Of a stretch of DNA of 50,410 nt, positions 17,079 through 26,687 are shown piece after piece. The position numbers and the translations under genes were made by a program. The stretch is from positions 1 through 50,410 of the forward strand of contig CAZWEM010000035.1 of NCBI GenBank assembly GCA_964632315.1, read 5' to 3'. Numbering within the stretch: the stretch's first letter is position 1; every line of letters begins with the position of its first letter. Origin of the DNA: an uncultured archaeon (GTDB taxonomy: Archaea; Asgardarchaeota; Lokiarchaeia; Sigyniarchaeales; SOKP01). The notes beneath the pieces are model-generated. The model was not told where the DNA came from and searched no databases. It worked only from the letters and a program-made list of their open reading frames with translations.

Positions 17079-17426
17079 TTAGATCTCCTCTTTTTTTACC
17101 TTATCTAATACTATAAATGCCTTAGTTTTTGATACTTTACGACTTTCACCAACTTTAACTAGATCTCCAACATTAATTTCAGTTCTTAAGCATTCTGGTA
17201 AATGACATGCGAGTCGTGAATTTCTTCTCTCATATCTTTGGTACTTTTTAATAAATTGAACGTAATCTTGCCGAATTACTACGGTATTTCTGGAATTTTT
17301 ACTCACAACTACTCCTTGAGTTATTTTACCTCGAATCCTGGTTTCCCCATGGAAAGGACAACTAAGATCTTCACAAGTTTTCTTTGGTAAATTTACCCCG
17401 GGAATACCTATATTTCTAATACTCAT
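17079..17426 (-). CDS. rps17: 30S ribosomal protein uS17
   Basis: CPFHG, KYQRYERR, SKTKAF. Confidence 0.97.
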   Translation of the reverse strand: MSIRNIGIPGVNLPKKTCEDLSCPFHGETRIRGKITQGVVVSKNSRNTVVIRQDYVQFIKKYQRYERRNSRLACHLPECLRTEINVGDLVKVGESRKVSKTKAFIVLDKVKKEEI

Positions 17427-17430
17427 TTCA

Positions 17431-17715
17431 TTATCTCATCCTTTTTTTCTTTTTAAGGCTTCTCAATCTATTTTCAGGAACACCGACAATCTTGGTTCCA
17501 TCGATTTCTAAAATTCCTCCTTCAAATAGCACCCTAAATTGATAATCTTTTTTTACATATTTTTTTGTTTTATTATCTTTCTTAACAATCAATAAATTTT
17601 TAGTATCATCAATAATAATACCACTACTTGTAAACCCATCTTTACTTTTTTTAGGTTTCACTGATACTTTAAATCCAATTAAATCATGGTAAGCTATATA
17701 TTTCGGAGCAATCAT
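17431..17715 (-). CDS. rnp1: Ribonuclease P protein subunit Rpp29/Pop4
   Basis: HDLIG, GIIIDDTKN, PENRL; canonical position between uL29 and uS17. Confidence 0.9.
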   Translation of the reverse strand: MIAPKYIAYHDLIGFKVSVKPKKSKDGFTSSGIIIDDTKNLLIVKKDNKTKKYVKKDYQFRVLFEGGILEIDGTKIVGVPENRLRSLKKKKRMR

Positions 17716-17912
17716 CGCTTTTCCTCATTTTTGATCGTTAAAATTCTGGCAATCTGTTTCCTCAAGATTTTTGCTTTTGCGGGATTATCCGAAATACCTC
17801 CTCCAGTTTGTTGACTATAAAGCATCATCAATTCTTCTCTCAAATTAAGTAAAGTTCTTTCCCTCTCTCTTTCATCCATTTCTCTTATTTTATTAGCTTT
17901 AAGATTTGCCAT
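17712..17912 (-). CDS. rpl29: 50S ribosomal protein uL29
   Basis: IREM, RKQIARILT. Confidence 0.95.
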   Translation of the reverse strand: MANLKANKIREMDERERERTLLNLREELMMLYSQQTGGGISDNPAKAKILRKQIARILTIKNEEKR

Positions 17913-17932
17913 AATTCATTCCCCAATGATTT

Positions 17933-18715
17933 TTATTTGTTTTTTTTACCATTATCATTTTCAGGTTGCAAAGATATTTCAGAAATATCTTCCTCATCAA
18001 CTTCGTCAATTAATTCTTTATCCTCGACATCAGGTTCTTCTTCAGATTCTTCTATAATGTATTCTGCTCTTGTTTTTTGCGTCTTTGATTCCTCCTTTGC
18101 TTGAGCTTTTATTAATAAATCATCATGTATTTTCACTGTGTCACCCATTTTTGTATCAGCACGCATTATTTTAACTAAGATTCCTAATGTTCCAGATTTC
18201 TGAATGCATTGAGCAACTCCTTTATCAACACCATCTTGAGCAGGCTGTCCAGATTTAGACATTGTTCCGGCTCTAAAGATTTGAGTTCTTGCTCTTTGAG
18301 AGGTAACTTTTCCCGATATTCTAATCTCAACGCCCCTAGCTTCTCCAGAATCCATTACCTTACGTAAGATGTAATATCCTGCTCTCCTGTAGTGTCTACC
18401 TCGATCTAATGAATAGGCTAATCTTTCAGCCATAATTTGTGCATTCACATCGGGATTCTGAACCTCTTCCACCTCCACCTGAGGCAGTTCAAGGTCAAAC
18501 CTCTCTTGAAGGGTATCGGTGATCTCTTGGATTCTTTTTCCTCCCTTCCCAATTACTAAACCAGGTCTTGAAGTCCTTAATGTTATTCTCACTCCTAAGG
18601 GTGTTTTTTGTATATCAACCCCCGCAAATCCCGCACGTACTAATTCAGATCGCAGGTATTCGTTTATCTGCATCATCTTAATCCCTGATTCAATGAAGTG
18701 TTTAGATAATGGCAT
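17933..18715 (-). CDS. rps3: 30S ribosomal protein uS3
   Basis: RPGLVIGKGG KH motif, GVEIRISGK; acidic C-terminal tail. Confidence 0.97.
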   Translation of the reverse strand: MPLSKHFIESGIKMMQINEYLRSELVRAGFAGVDIQKTPLGVRITLRTSRPGLVIGKGGKRIQEITDTLQERFDLELPQVEVEEVQNPDVNAQIMAERLAYSLDRGRHYRRAGYYILRKVMDSGEARGVEIRISGKVTSQRARTQIFRAGTMSKSGQPAQDGVDKGVAQCIQKSGTLGILVKIMRADTKMGDTVKIHDDLLIKAQAKEESKTQKTRAEYIIEESEEEPDVEDKELIDEVDEEDISEISLQPENDNGKKNK

Positions 18716-18749
18716 AATTTCACTTTTATAGATTGTTATTAATTATTTT

Positions 18750-19229
18750 TTAACTAGGAACTTCATAAATTACAATTTCAACATGACTTAAATGTCTATT
18801 TTTTGGAGATGATCTTCCATGTGCCCGAGGAATAAATCTTTTTATAGTTCTTGCTTGGTGGGCAGCTGCATGTATAATCCGACATATATCAACATCTAAT
18901 CCCTTATATTCCGCATTAGATTCTACAGAAGTTAAAATTTCATAGATTCTTGCAGCTGCTTTTTGAGGATATCTTCCGGCATACCATTTGAATTCCTTTA
19001 AATCATGCCTATGTGCTTGCTTTTTTTTATATCTCCTATAGGGAACCGATTGCTCTAACTTTATAACACGCTCTAGAAAGGTCTTAGCACGATCCACCTT
19101 CATTCCCTTGATCGTTGCACATATTTCTCTCGCATCTTTGGGTTTAATTCTTAAATCTCTTCCAGATGCTTTTGCTAATCGATCTGAGTCATACCTTTGC
19201 TCAACGAACGAATAACTCCAATTTGGCAA
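18750..19229 (-). CDS. rpl22: 50S ribosomal protein uL22
   Basis: GRYPQKAA, PRAHGRS, HVEI; TTG start. Confidence 0.96.
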   Translation of the reverse strand: MPNWSYSFVEQRYDSDRLAKASGRDLRIKPKDAREICATIKGMKVDRAKTFLERVIKLEQSVPYRRYKKKQAHRHDLKEFKWYAGRYPQKAAARIYEILTSVESNAEYKGLDVDICRIIHAAAHQARTIKRFIPRAHGRSSPKNRHLSHVEIVIYEVPS

Positions 19230-19258
19230 TTTTTCACATCTCCTTTATTTTATCTTGT

Positions 19259-19792
19259 TTACTTTAATGGAACGTACTTACTTGATCTAGTGGCACCAAT
19301 ACCAGGAGAACCGTGTTGTACTCTCTTTCGGGTTAAAGCAAATTCTCCTAAATAATGACCAATCATCTCGGGTCTGATTTCTACATTCTCGAAAATTTGA
19401 CCATTATAAATACCGATTTTTAAACCTACCATCTCGGGGAAAATAATCATATCTCTAACATGTGTGCGAGTAAGAAGATCTTTTCCCCTTTTTTTGGCTC
19501 TATATGCTCTTCTTAACCTTTCTAAAAGTTTTTTTTGTCTTGGCGGTAAACCTCTTCTTAAGCTTCGGCGAGCTCTAGCTGGTAATAATTGAATAAATTG
19601 ATCCATATTCATTTTCTTGAGTTCTTCAAGTGTGTATCCACGATAATGAAAGCGAAGTCGATCAAGTTCTTTTTCAGAATCTATATCCTCTTCACTTTCA
19701 ATTTCTTGAATTTCTTCATCGATTTCTTCATCTATATCGTCTTCTTCTAGATCCTCTGATCCCTCATCAATAGGTTCTTCATTCGGAGTCAT
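19259..19792 (-). CDS. rps19: 30S ribosomal protein uS19 with acidic N-terminal extension
   Basis: [31 protein letters not shown]. Confidence 0.97.
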   Translation of the reverse strand: MTPNEEPIDEGSEDLEEDDIDEEIDEEIQEIESEEDIDSEKELDRLRFHYRGYTLEELKKMNMDQFIQLLPARARRSLRRGLPPRQKKLLERLRRAYRAKKRGKDLLTRTHVRDMIIFPEMVGLKIGIYNGQIFENVEIRPEMIGHYLGEFALTRKRVQHGSPGIGATRSSKYVPLK

Positions 19793-19919
19793 AATTCAAT
19801 CAATCTAAGTGTTCCAATTAATTAATTATATATAGTTTTTTCACAATATTTACAACGTGTAAGCTTTTTAGTATTCTATTCAATTTTAATTTTATTAAAA
19901 CGCGTGGAGTCAAAAGCAT

Positions 19920-19934
19920 AAACTTTAAAAGTTT
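19920..19934 (-). promoter_or_regulatory. Probable BRE/TATA promoter of the ribosomal protein operon
   Basis: Minus strand AAACTTTTAAAGTTT about 130 nt upstream of rps19. Confidence 0.35.
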
Positions 19935-20021
19935 GGATTTTGAAATTATTCTGATATTATCTCAAAAATTGAAATTTTATCGACTAATCCGAGCTATATT
20001 TTAGAATCAGATTAAACTGCT

Positions 20022-20702
20022 TTAGTAATAGTGGTTTGGATTAAAAATTCTCGTAATGTCTTTCTCATCAAAATTTCCAGTCCATGTTTCTTTTATAATT
20101 ACATAATCATCTTTTATTTTACTTGGGTTTATCACCGAATGAAAGGACTTCTTAGGGGTGGAAAATTCAGAGCCAATTTCAGTGAAATAATAGACTTTAT
20201 CTACGTTGATAATAATGGGATTTCCAGCAAGAACTTTCCATTTCTCACTACGATTATCGTGGATTTGAATAGAAATTCCTAAACTAGGTTTAATGAAAAT
20301 GATATTATAATCGACATAACTAAATTTTATACTATACCATTTAGCAAGTACGTCAAAATATCCCTTAGGGATGGAAAAATTATTTACAAATGAATTTGGA
20401 TTAAGATTTTTTTTTTTAGATTTTTCGTAAAGATAAGGATTATAAATTACCTTATGATTTGAAATAACATCGTTATAGAATATTTCCAAGGGATCATTTG
20501 AGTTATTTATCATCATGTAATAATCTAATGGTTTAACAATGAGATTATCTTTTTTTAAGCTTGTATAAAAACGATTTTGATTGATCATTAAAACGTTATT
20601 AAATTTATCAGGTTCAATATCCAAACGCAATTTTTTCGTAGAATTTTTTCTTAAACAAGTTCCTCTTTTCGGCTTTAATACTTGCTTATACATTTTAATC
20701 AT
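20022..20702 (-). CDS. Cupin protein, mannose-6-phosphate isomerase type II C-terminal-like
   Basis: SIQIHDNRSEKWKV, HSVIN, FDEKDITR. Confidence 0.7.
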   Translation of the reverse strand: MIKMYKQVLKPKRGTCLRKNSTKKLRLDIEPDKFNNVLMINQNRFYTSLKKDNLIVKPLDYYMMINNSNDPLEIFYNDVISNHKVIYNPYLYEKSKKKNLNPNSFVNNFSIPKGYFDVLAKWYSIKFSYVDYNIIFIKPSLGISIQIHDNRSEKWKVLAGNPIIINVDKVYYFTEIGSEFSTPKKSFHSVINPSKIKDDYVIIKETWTGNFDEKDITRIFNPNHYY

Positions 20703-21656
20703 TTAAAAAATGGCTTTATATTTTTCTTCAATCTCATTTAAATCTGGCATTGAGTCTTGGGCACCCTTTCTAGTTACGGCAATTGAAGCTCCAACTACTG
20801 CATATTTTACTGCGTTAATCAATTTTTCCCCCTTACTCAAGAAACTCGCCAATATTCCATTAAAAGAATCGCCTGCTCCAACTGTATCAACTGCGTTGAC
20901 TTTTGGAGCATCAATTTGAATTATTTCATCTGTTTCTGATTGATATATTTTGCAACCTTTAGATCCTAGAGTGGTAATGACAATCTTAGGACCCAAACTC
21001 ACTAAATTTTTAGATGCAATCAGAATATTTTTCTCTTCTTCTTCAAAATCTCCTAAATTATATAATCTATTCAGTTGAAATAATTCCCCTTGATTTGGAA
21101 TGATTATATCGATCAAATTTAGGATATTTAAAGGTATTTTTTTAAGAGGAGCAGGATTTAAGATCTTTAAAGGTTTACCTTCAGAAGCAATTTTAAAAAT
21201 CTGTGAGATAGTTTCTGTGGGAATTTCCATTTGAACGAGAATAATAGTGGCATTTTTTATAAGATCAGATATTTGATTTAATTCTTCAGGCTTCAATAAA
21301 GCATTCGCTCCAGGAGCGACACTTATCATATTCTCTCCATTTTCATCCACCATAATGAATGCAATCCCACTAGGATTTTCATCAGCTCTTATTATATTTT
21401 CAATATAAATACCTTCCTTTAATAATTTTGAAACCATACGATCCCCAAAATCATCTTTTCCAATTTTAGCAATAAAATAAGTTTTTGAGCCCGCACGGGT
21501 AGATGCTAACGCTTGGTTTGCTCCTTTTCCACCAAGATGTTGTTCAAAAGTGCCACCTGTGACAGTCTCACCAGATCTGGGAAGCTTTTCAGAATAAATA
21601 ACAAGATCCATATTGCTTGATCCAATTACTACCACGTACCTCTCATCATTCATCAA
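20703..21656 (-). CDS. rbsK: Ribokinase (PfkB family)
   Basis: GSSNMD, GGKGANQA, LNPAP, DTVGAGDSF. Confidence 0.94.
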   Translation of the reverse strand: MMNDERYVVVIGSSNMDLVIYSEKLPRSGETVTGGTFEQHLGGKGANQALASTRAGSKTYFIAKIGKDDFGDRMVSKLLKEGIYIENIIRADENPSGIAFIMVDENGENMISVAPGANALLKPEELNQISDLIKNATIILVQMEIPTETISQIFKIASEGKPLKILNPAPLKKIPLNILNLIDIIIPNQGELFQLNRLYNLGDFEEEEKNILIASKNLVSLGPKIVITTLGSKGCKIYQSETDEIIQIDAPKVNAVDTVGAGDSFNGILASFLSKGEKLINAVKYAVVGASIAVTRKGAQDSMPDLNEIEEKYKAIF

Positions 21657-21834
21657 TTAGCACTTTAGGTCTTTTTTATTCTTTGACAATAATATTTTGT
21701 GGAACATCACAATTAATAGTCTTTGATTTATTATCGAATGGTTTTAATTTAATAGTGATTTAAATGAAGTAATAAGCATTATTCATTGCTTAAGATTAGA
21801 AAATCTATAAATATCAAAATTAATCTTCGAGGTT

Positions 21835-22164
21835 TTGAAATTGGCGAAAGATAAGATCATAGGCGCATTGGTTATGATAATCGGTATCCTAATCTTGATT
21901 ATCTACACTATGGGAAGTATTGTTGATTTGTTTTTCCGCGTAGTGGCTGATAATCCAAACTGGGCTGTTAATATTTTTGGCCCGATTGGCAATTTTCTCG
22001 ATTGGAGACTATTTGTAGTCGTGCCTTTATGGATTATTGTCATTTTGATTGCTGTTATTGCTATTTGGATAGGATATAGCATGTTAACTACTCCAGCACC
22101 AGTTCCACTTGAAGAATTAGAAGAGGAACTAGCAGCAGAAGAAGCAGAATCAAATGAAGAATAA
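21835..22164 (+). CDS. Two-TM membrane protein, DPM2-like
   Basis: DKIIG...YT...FL...VPL...IGYSMLTT, acidic tail; likely start TTG 21841 after GAGGT. Confidence 0.65.
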   Translation: MKLAKDKIIGALVMIIGILILIIYTMGSIVDLFFRVVADNPNWAVNIFGPIGNFLDWRLFVVVPLWIIVILIAVIAIWIGYSMLTTPAPVPLEELEEELAAEEAESNEE

Positions 22165-22281
22165 GGTCAATAATTTTTTTTTTATTTTTTATTTAAATTA
22201 GATATTTTTATCCATTAGAATGCTAATTATGTTAAAGATTTGATCTTTGAGTTTTTATATCTGAATTAAAATATACTAATA

Positions 22282-22902
22282 ATGATTGTAAATGTTGTTG
22301 AAGCTACAATCCATAGTAAGATAGTATATGTGGGACCCGCAATGTCAGGTAAGACAACAACATTAAAAGTACTCTCTGAATATTATCGGGAAAAAGTAGT
22401 CAACGATTTTTTAAGTATAGAAAATACATCAGGTAGAACTTTATACTTTGATTACTTATTGATGTTTTTCAAGAATCGAAGATACTCATTAAAAACACAT
22501 ATATACTCTACGACGGGGCAGGATTTTTATGCCATTACACGACCAGATACGATTAGAAATTTAGATGGAATTGTTTTTATCGCAGATTCATCAAAAGAAG
22601 CACTAATTAGAAACATTTCCTCTTGGAAAGAACTAGAAATATATTTAGGACAAAATTTAATAACAATCCCTAAAGTAATCGTGTTTAATAAGCAAGATCT
22701 TAATGAGAAATTTGAGAAAATTCTCTTTTTTAATGCAATAAAAGTCAATAAATATACTAATTTAGAAATGATGGATTCAATCGCAATAGAAAAAGAAGGA
22801 GTTGTTCCAGCCTTTAGAAAAATTTTAAAATTAATCTTGGAAAACTCTGATTCTTTAAAACGTGCAGAAAATGAAGAACAGAATAAAAGTATAATCGCAT
22901 AG
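22282..22902 (+). CDS. MglA-family small GTPase
   Basis: KIVYVGPAMSGKTT, RTLYFDY, GQDFY, DGIVFIADS, NKQD. Confidence 0.9.
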   Translation: MIVNVVEATIHSKIVYVGPAMSGKTTTLKVLSEYYREKVVNDFLSIENTSGRTLYFDYLLMFFKNRRYSLKTHIYSTTGQDFYAITRPDTIRNLDGIVFIADSSKEALIRNISSWKELEIYLGQNLITIPKVIVFNKQDLNEKFEKILFFNAIKVNKYTNLEMMDSIAIEKEGVVPAFRKILKLILENSDSLKRAENEEQNKSIIA

Positions 22903-22911
22903 AAAGATGCA

Positions 22912-23295
22912 TTAGTCAATTAGTAAGCCTTGAAGAGCTGCTGAAACCTCTTCTGGGAGGTGGTGTTCAATTTTACAGGAAATATCTCGAACTAACTCCT
23001 TATTTTTCAATTTTAAGAAATGAAAAAAGAAATCATATAAAATCTGATAATTTTTCAATGTGTGTTGAGCTATCTTTTTACCTTTCGAGGTTAATCTTAC
23101 GGATCCTCTAGGTTTCCAATCGATTAGTTCCCCTTCTCTAAGATTGTATAACATACTCGTTACTGAAGAGGGTTTTACTCCAAGAAAGCGGGATATTTCG
23201 GAGTTTGAGACCCACCCTCCTCTATGGGTTTTTGAAATTTTATAAATTGCCTTCAAGTAATCTTCATGACTTTCATGAAATGAATTTTGGTTCAT
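22912..23295 (-). CDS. DtxR/MntR family metal-dependent repressor
   Basis: EDYLKAIY, LGVKPSSVTSM, LTSKG, CKIEHH. Confidence 0.92.
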   Translation of the reverse strand: MNQNSFHESHEDYLKAIYKISKTHRGGWVSNSEISRFLGVKPSSVTSMLYNLREGELIDWKPRGSVRLTSKGKKIAQHTLKNYQILYDFFFHFLKLKNKELVRDISCKIEHHLPEEVSAALQGLLID

Positions 23296-23299
23296 CTCA

Positions 23300-23321
23300 T
23301 TTATGAATAATTATTCATAAA
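23300..23321. promoter_or_regulatory. Perfect 22-bp palindrome, operator candidate
   Basis: TTTATGAATAATTATTCATAAA between the divergent DtxR and NifX-like genes. Confidence 0.6.
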
Positions 23322-23380
23322 ATTTAAATCTTATACTTTCATTATAAAATTATAATAAATAAATTTCAAGGTAAAAAGAT

Positions 23381-23779
23381 TTGATCGTTGCAATAAGTAC
23401 AGAATCAGGAAGAGTTTGCCCTCATTTTGGTCGCGCACCTCAATTCACAATTATAGAAGTGGAAGATGGAAAATTAATTGAAAAAAAGATAGTTTCAAAT
23501 CCAGGTCACTCAGTTGGGAATATCCCTAAATTTATGCATGAAAATAATGTAAATTACATGCTAACGGGAGGAATGGGGGTTAGAGCTAAAGAATTTTTTA
23601 ATCAATATAAAATCGAAACCATCACAGGTGTGGACGGTTTGATAGAAGATGTAATTAAGAATATCCTAAATGGTAATATCAAAGATTTGGGTGGAGATAG
23701 TTTGTGCACTCCTGGTGGTGGTAAGGGTTATGGAATCGATAAAATCCATGATCTTGACCATGAATGTGAAGAGGATTAA
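23381..23779 (+). CDS. NifB/NifX (FeMo-cofactor-binding-like, MTH1175 family) protein
   Basis: HFGRAPQF, GGMGVRA, His/Cys-containing tail. Confidence 0.88.
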   Translation: MIVAISTESGRVCPHFGRAPQFTIIEVEDGKLIEKKIVSNPGHSVGNIPKFMHENNVNYMLTGGMGVRAKEFFNQYKIETITGVDGLIEDVIKNILNGNIKDLGGDSLCTPGGGKGYGIDKIHDLDHECEED

Positions 23780-23781
23780 TT

Positions 23782-24692
23782 TTAATGAAAGTTACATAGT
23801 TCCTCAAGATTATCAAAGAATAGCTCTTTTTCCCATATTATTTTTAGATTCATTAAGTTGTAAAGATGTCTAATTAACACACGTGGATAAACGGGTTTTT
23901 TCAAGTTTCTTCTCTTTAGATATTCATAAAGCCTCCTAGCTAATAATGAGTCAATCTCGTCCATTTTTAAATTTTCATTCTCAAAATCAGAAAGAGCATA
24001 ATCTACTGATTCATAAGTGTGCTTTTTTAATTGATTATTGATGAGAAGGAGAAATGAATGTTCGCATAATTTAAATTTTGGGATAAAAATTTTACTAATT
24101 TTTTATTCTTAAGTAAATAGTCAGCAATTCTAATTTTTCGGTTGCTTTACAATAGGGACATTTGATTGAATAAAAAACAAAATCGTCAATGATCGAATCT
24201 TGATCCTTCAGGAGATAATAAATCATAATATTTTTGGTAAATTGTAATAAATTCTTTACGCTTCTCTTCCGGTGTCTGGCTTAATACGGTTTCCTCAAAT
24301 GATTTATTGCGATAATTCAATAATGAGGGAATCCAATTGATATTTTTAATTTCACTAGCCATTTGATCAATTATATGTTCTTTAGACTTAAGATATTTTA
24401 TTATCTCCAATGATTCACTCTTGATATCGATTTCATTAATTAAATAAGTAATAAACATTTGCTAATATCCCCCTCTTGAATACTCAGAATCAATCAAAAA
24501 TAAATTGTTAATACTAGAATACGTATTATTAGAAAGGATGACATATTGCCCGTCATATCAAAATCTAATAGTTTTAGCAATTCATTCCGCGTTAATTTGT
24601 TGATTTGCTTATTACAATAGAAAACTGATGGTCCTATTATCTGATCAAAATAAGATATTAGTAATAACCAAGATATAGTCTTCATCCTTCAT
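23782..24692 (-). pseudogene. Decayed Asgard-type gene(s): uDENN/longin-like N-terminus + CPxC...CEH zinc-ribbon domain
   Basis: Fragments across frames: SYFDQIIGP; SINNLFLIDSEYSRGGY*QMFITYL (in-frame TAG 24462-24464); KCPYCK (24149-24160) frameshifted to IPKFKLCEHSF...; several frameshifts. Confidence 0.65.
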
Positions 24693-24721
24693 AATCATAC
24701 TGGATAGAAATATTTATACCT

Positions 24722-25459
24722 TCATATTTCTAGTTTCACGAATTTAGTGGACAAATCTAATAAGTTTATTTTTATCAGAACATTATTCGGTATTTCTTTC
24801 ATATTTTCTAATAATGGAGTAGTACTGACAATTATATTATTGCTATAAGTTTTAATAAATAGCGTATGATGGCGCCCATTAAAATTGGTATTATGATAAG
24901 TTATTACATTGCATTCCCTTGAGTTAAATAAAAAAGCATTTGCTCCCGCCCCAATTTCAACTATCCTAAATATTTCTTCTAATGAAACTTTTAATCTCAA
25001 CCCATTTTGAATTTTATCTAAGATTGTACAGAGATATCTCCTAGTATCTAAAGAAGTTGATGCTCTTATTGTTTCTAACGTTGGATCAATTAAACTTGGG
25101 AAAGAATCACTTTTAATAACTCCATTATGAGCAATCAAATAATTTTGTTGGATGTTTATTGGGTGGATATCCTTAAAATTCTTATTCCATGGGTATGCTT
25201 TTCTAGCATGAACCAAAAGGAAGCGCGTTTTTATCTTACTCAATGCTTTCCAATCTGATTTATATATAGGATTAATATCTCGTTTTATACCTAATTTAAG
25301 ATTTTCATTCAAATATGCAAATCCCCATCCTAAATTATGATGACCAAATAGGTTGTATTGATGAAGATACTGCCAATGACAGCTTTTCACAAATTTTTTT
25401 AATAAGTCCAATTCAATAAAAAAGGGTTCGGTTGAACACCTAAAAAACATGCGGCACAT
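24722..25459 (-). CDS. Class II glutamine amidotransferase (YafJ/EgtC-like)
   Basis: N-terminal MCRM, GWG, HARKA, HP, AHNG. Confidence 0.88.
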   Translation of the reverse strand: MCRMFFRCSTEPFFIELDLLKKFVKSCHWQYLHQYNLFGHHNLGWGFAYLNENLKLGIKRDINPIYKSDWKALSKIKTRFLLVHARKAYPWNKNFKDIHPINIQQNYLIAHNGVIKSDSFPSLIDPTLETIRASTSLDTRRYLCTILDKIQNGLRLKVSLEEIFRIVEIGAGANAFLFNSRECNVITYHNTNFNGRHHTLFIKTYSNNIIVSTTPLLENMKEIPNNVLIKINLLDLSTKFVKLEI

Positions 25460-25489
25460 TTTTTATCACGAAATTAATTATTTATTAAT

Positions 25490-26575
25490 TCAATAGTTAA
25501 GGAGATAACAAGAGATCAGACCATCATCCTGACAAATATAAATTGTGTCTGTAAATGTATCGTATTTGATATCATTAATGCAAGATGAGGTTTTAACATT
25601 ACAAATTAGATTTCCATTTGATCCATCAACAATCATTAATTCTCCCTTTGTAGTACCAAGGATAATTTCATTTCTATGTGGAATAAAAACTTCAGTATTT
25701 ACGTTCTTTAATTCCCATTTCAAATTTAATCTATCATCTAAGCACACCATCTTAGAAGAATAAACTATATTATTTTTCGCAACAGAATCATTTAGAAAAT
25801 CAAAGGAATAAGTCGTTAGCACCAAATAATTTTCATTTGCCTTAATTTTCCATACGATATCATCAAATGGAATAGTCTTAATCTCGTTTTGTGAGGTATA
25901 ATCAATAAAATGTGCTTTATTATCATCTCCGCCGCAAACAATCACAATTTTATCATAAGATTTAATACAAGAAACACATCGCATTTTATTAGAAAAACGT
26001 AAGAAATTAAGAAGCTCACCATTATATGCATCGAAAAATCTAATCGTGCCATCATTACCGACCGCAATGATTGATGTTCTCGAATTATTTTCTTTCAAAA
26101 TTATAGCATCACTTATTCCATCTTCAAATACTTGTCCCCATATTAAGGATCCGTCTATTGAGTCAAGTACTCTTAAAGATTTATCAAGACTGTAAGCAAT
26201 AATCTCATTTTTATCATCGTAATTGATATCATTAATCATGATTCCACTAATAGAAGCACCGAATTGATGAGTCCATATTGGTTTCAATTCTAATGATTTG
26301 TTTATTTGAAAGACTCTCAATAATCCGTCTAAAGAACCTAGCAACATTACATTGTTAAAACTTTTAGAAACATTTGAAATTTTTAAAATCCAAATTGGAG
26401 ATTTCTCTGTAATATTCTTACTGCGTAAAATTTGACCACTTGCGGATAGAATGTAAATTTTACCTGATTTTGTTTGGGCTATAATTTCCTTTGTTCCATC
26501 TTTAGTCAAATCTTTTAATTCTAATCCTAAAACTTGTTCATTTGCATTATAAGTCCAAAAATTTGAGATTTTCAA
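25490..26575 (-). CDS. WD40/FG-GAP-like beta-propeller protein
   Basis: DLTKDGTKEII, DINYDDKNEII, GSLDG, GNDGTIR, GGDD repeats. Confidence 0.8.
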   Translation of the reverse strand: MKISNFWTYNANEQVLGLELKDLTKDGTKEIIAQTKSGKIYILSASGQILRSKNITEKSPIWILKISNVSKSFNNVMLLGSLDGLLRVFQINKSLELKPIWTHQFGASISGIMINDINYDDKNEIIAYSLDKSLRVLDSIDGSLIWGQVFEDGISDAIILKENNSRTSIIAVGNDGTIRFFDAYNGELLNFLRFSNKMRCVSCIKSYDKIVIVCGGDDNKAHFIDYTSQNEIKTIPFDDIVWKIKANENYLVLTTYSFDFLNDSVAKNNIVYSSKMVCLDDRLNLKWELKNVNTEVFIPHRNEIILGTTKGELMIVDGSNGNLICNVKTSSCINDIKYDTFTDTIYICQDDGLISCYLLNY

Positions 26576-26687
26576 TTTTAATTAGACCTTATAAATGTAG
26601 AATTCAAATTTACTACCAATATTATAAAACGAAACAATTTATTTAGTTTTAAGATATATTAATTCTTAACAAAATTTTAGTGATTAA

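Noticed and set aside
21697-21712. TTGTG-N6-CACAA upstream of rbsK as an operator
   Set aside because: Only 5-bp arms and a single copy; expected by chance.
24462-24464. In-frame TAG as pyrrolysine or readthrough
   Set aside because: The gene has several additional frameshifts, consistent with decay; no pyl genes in the window.
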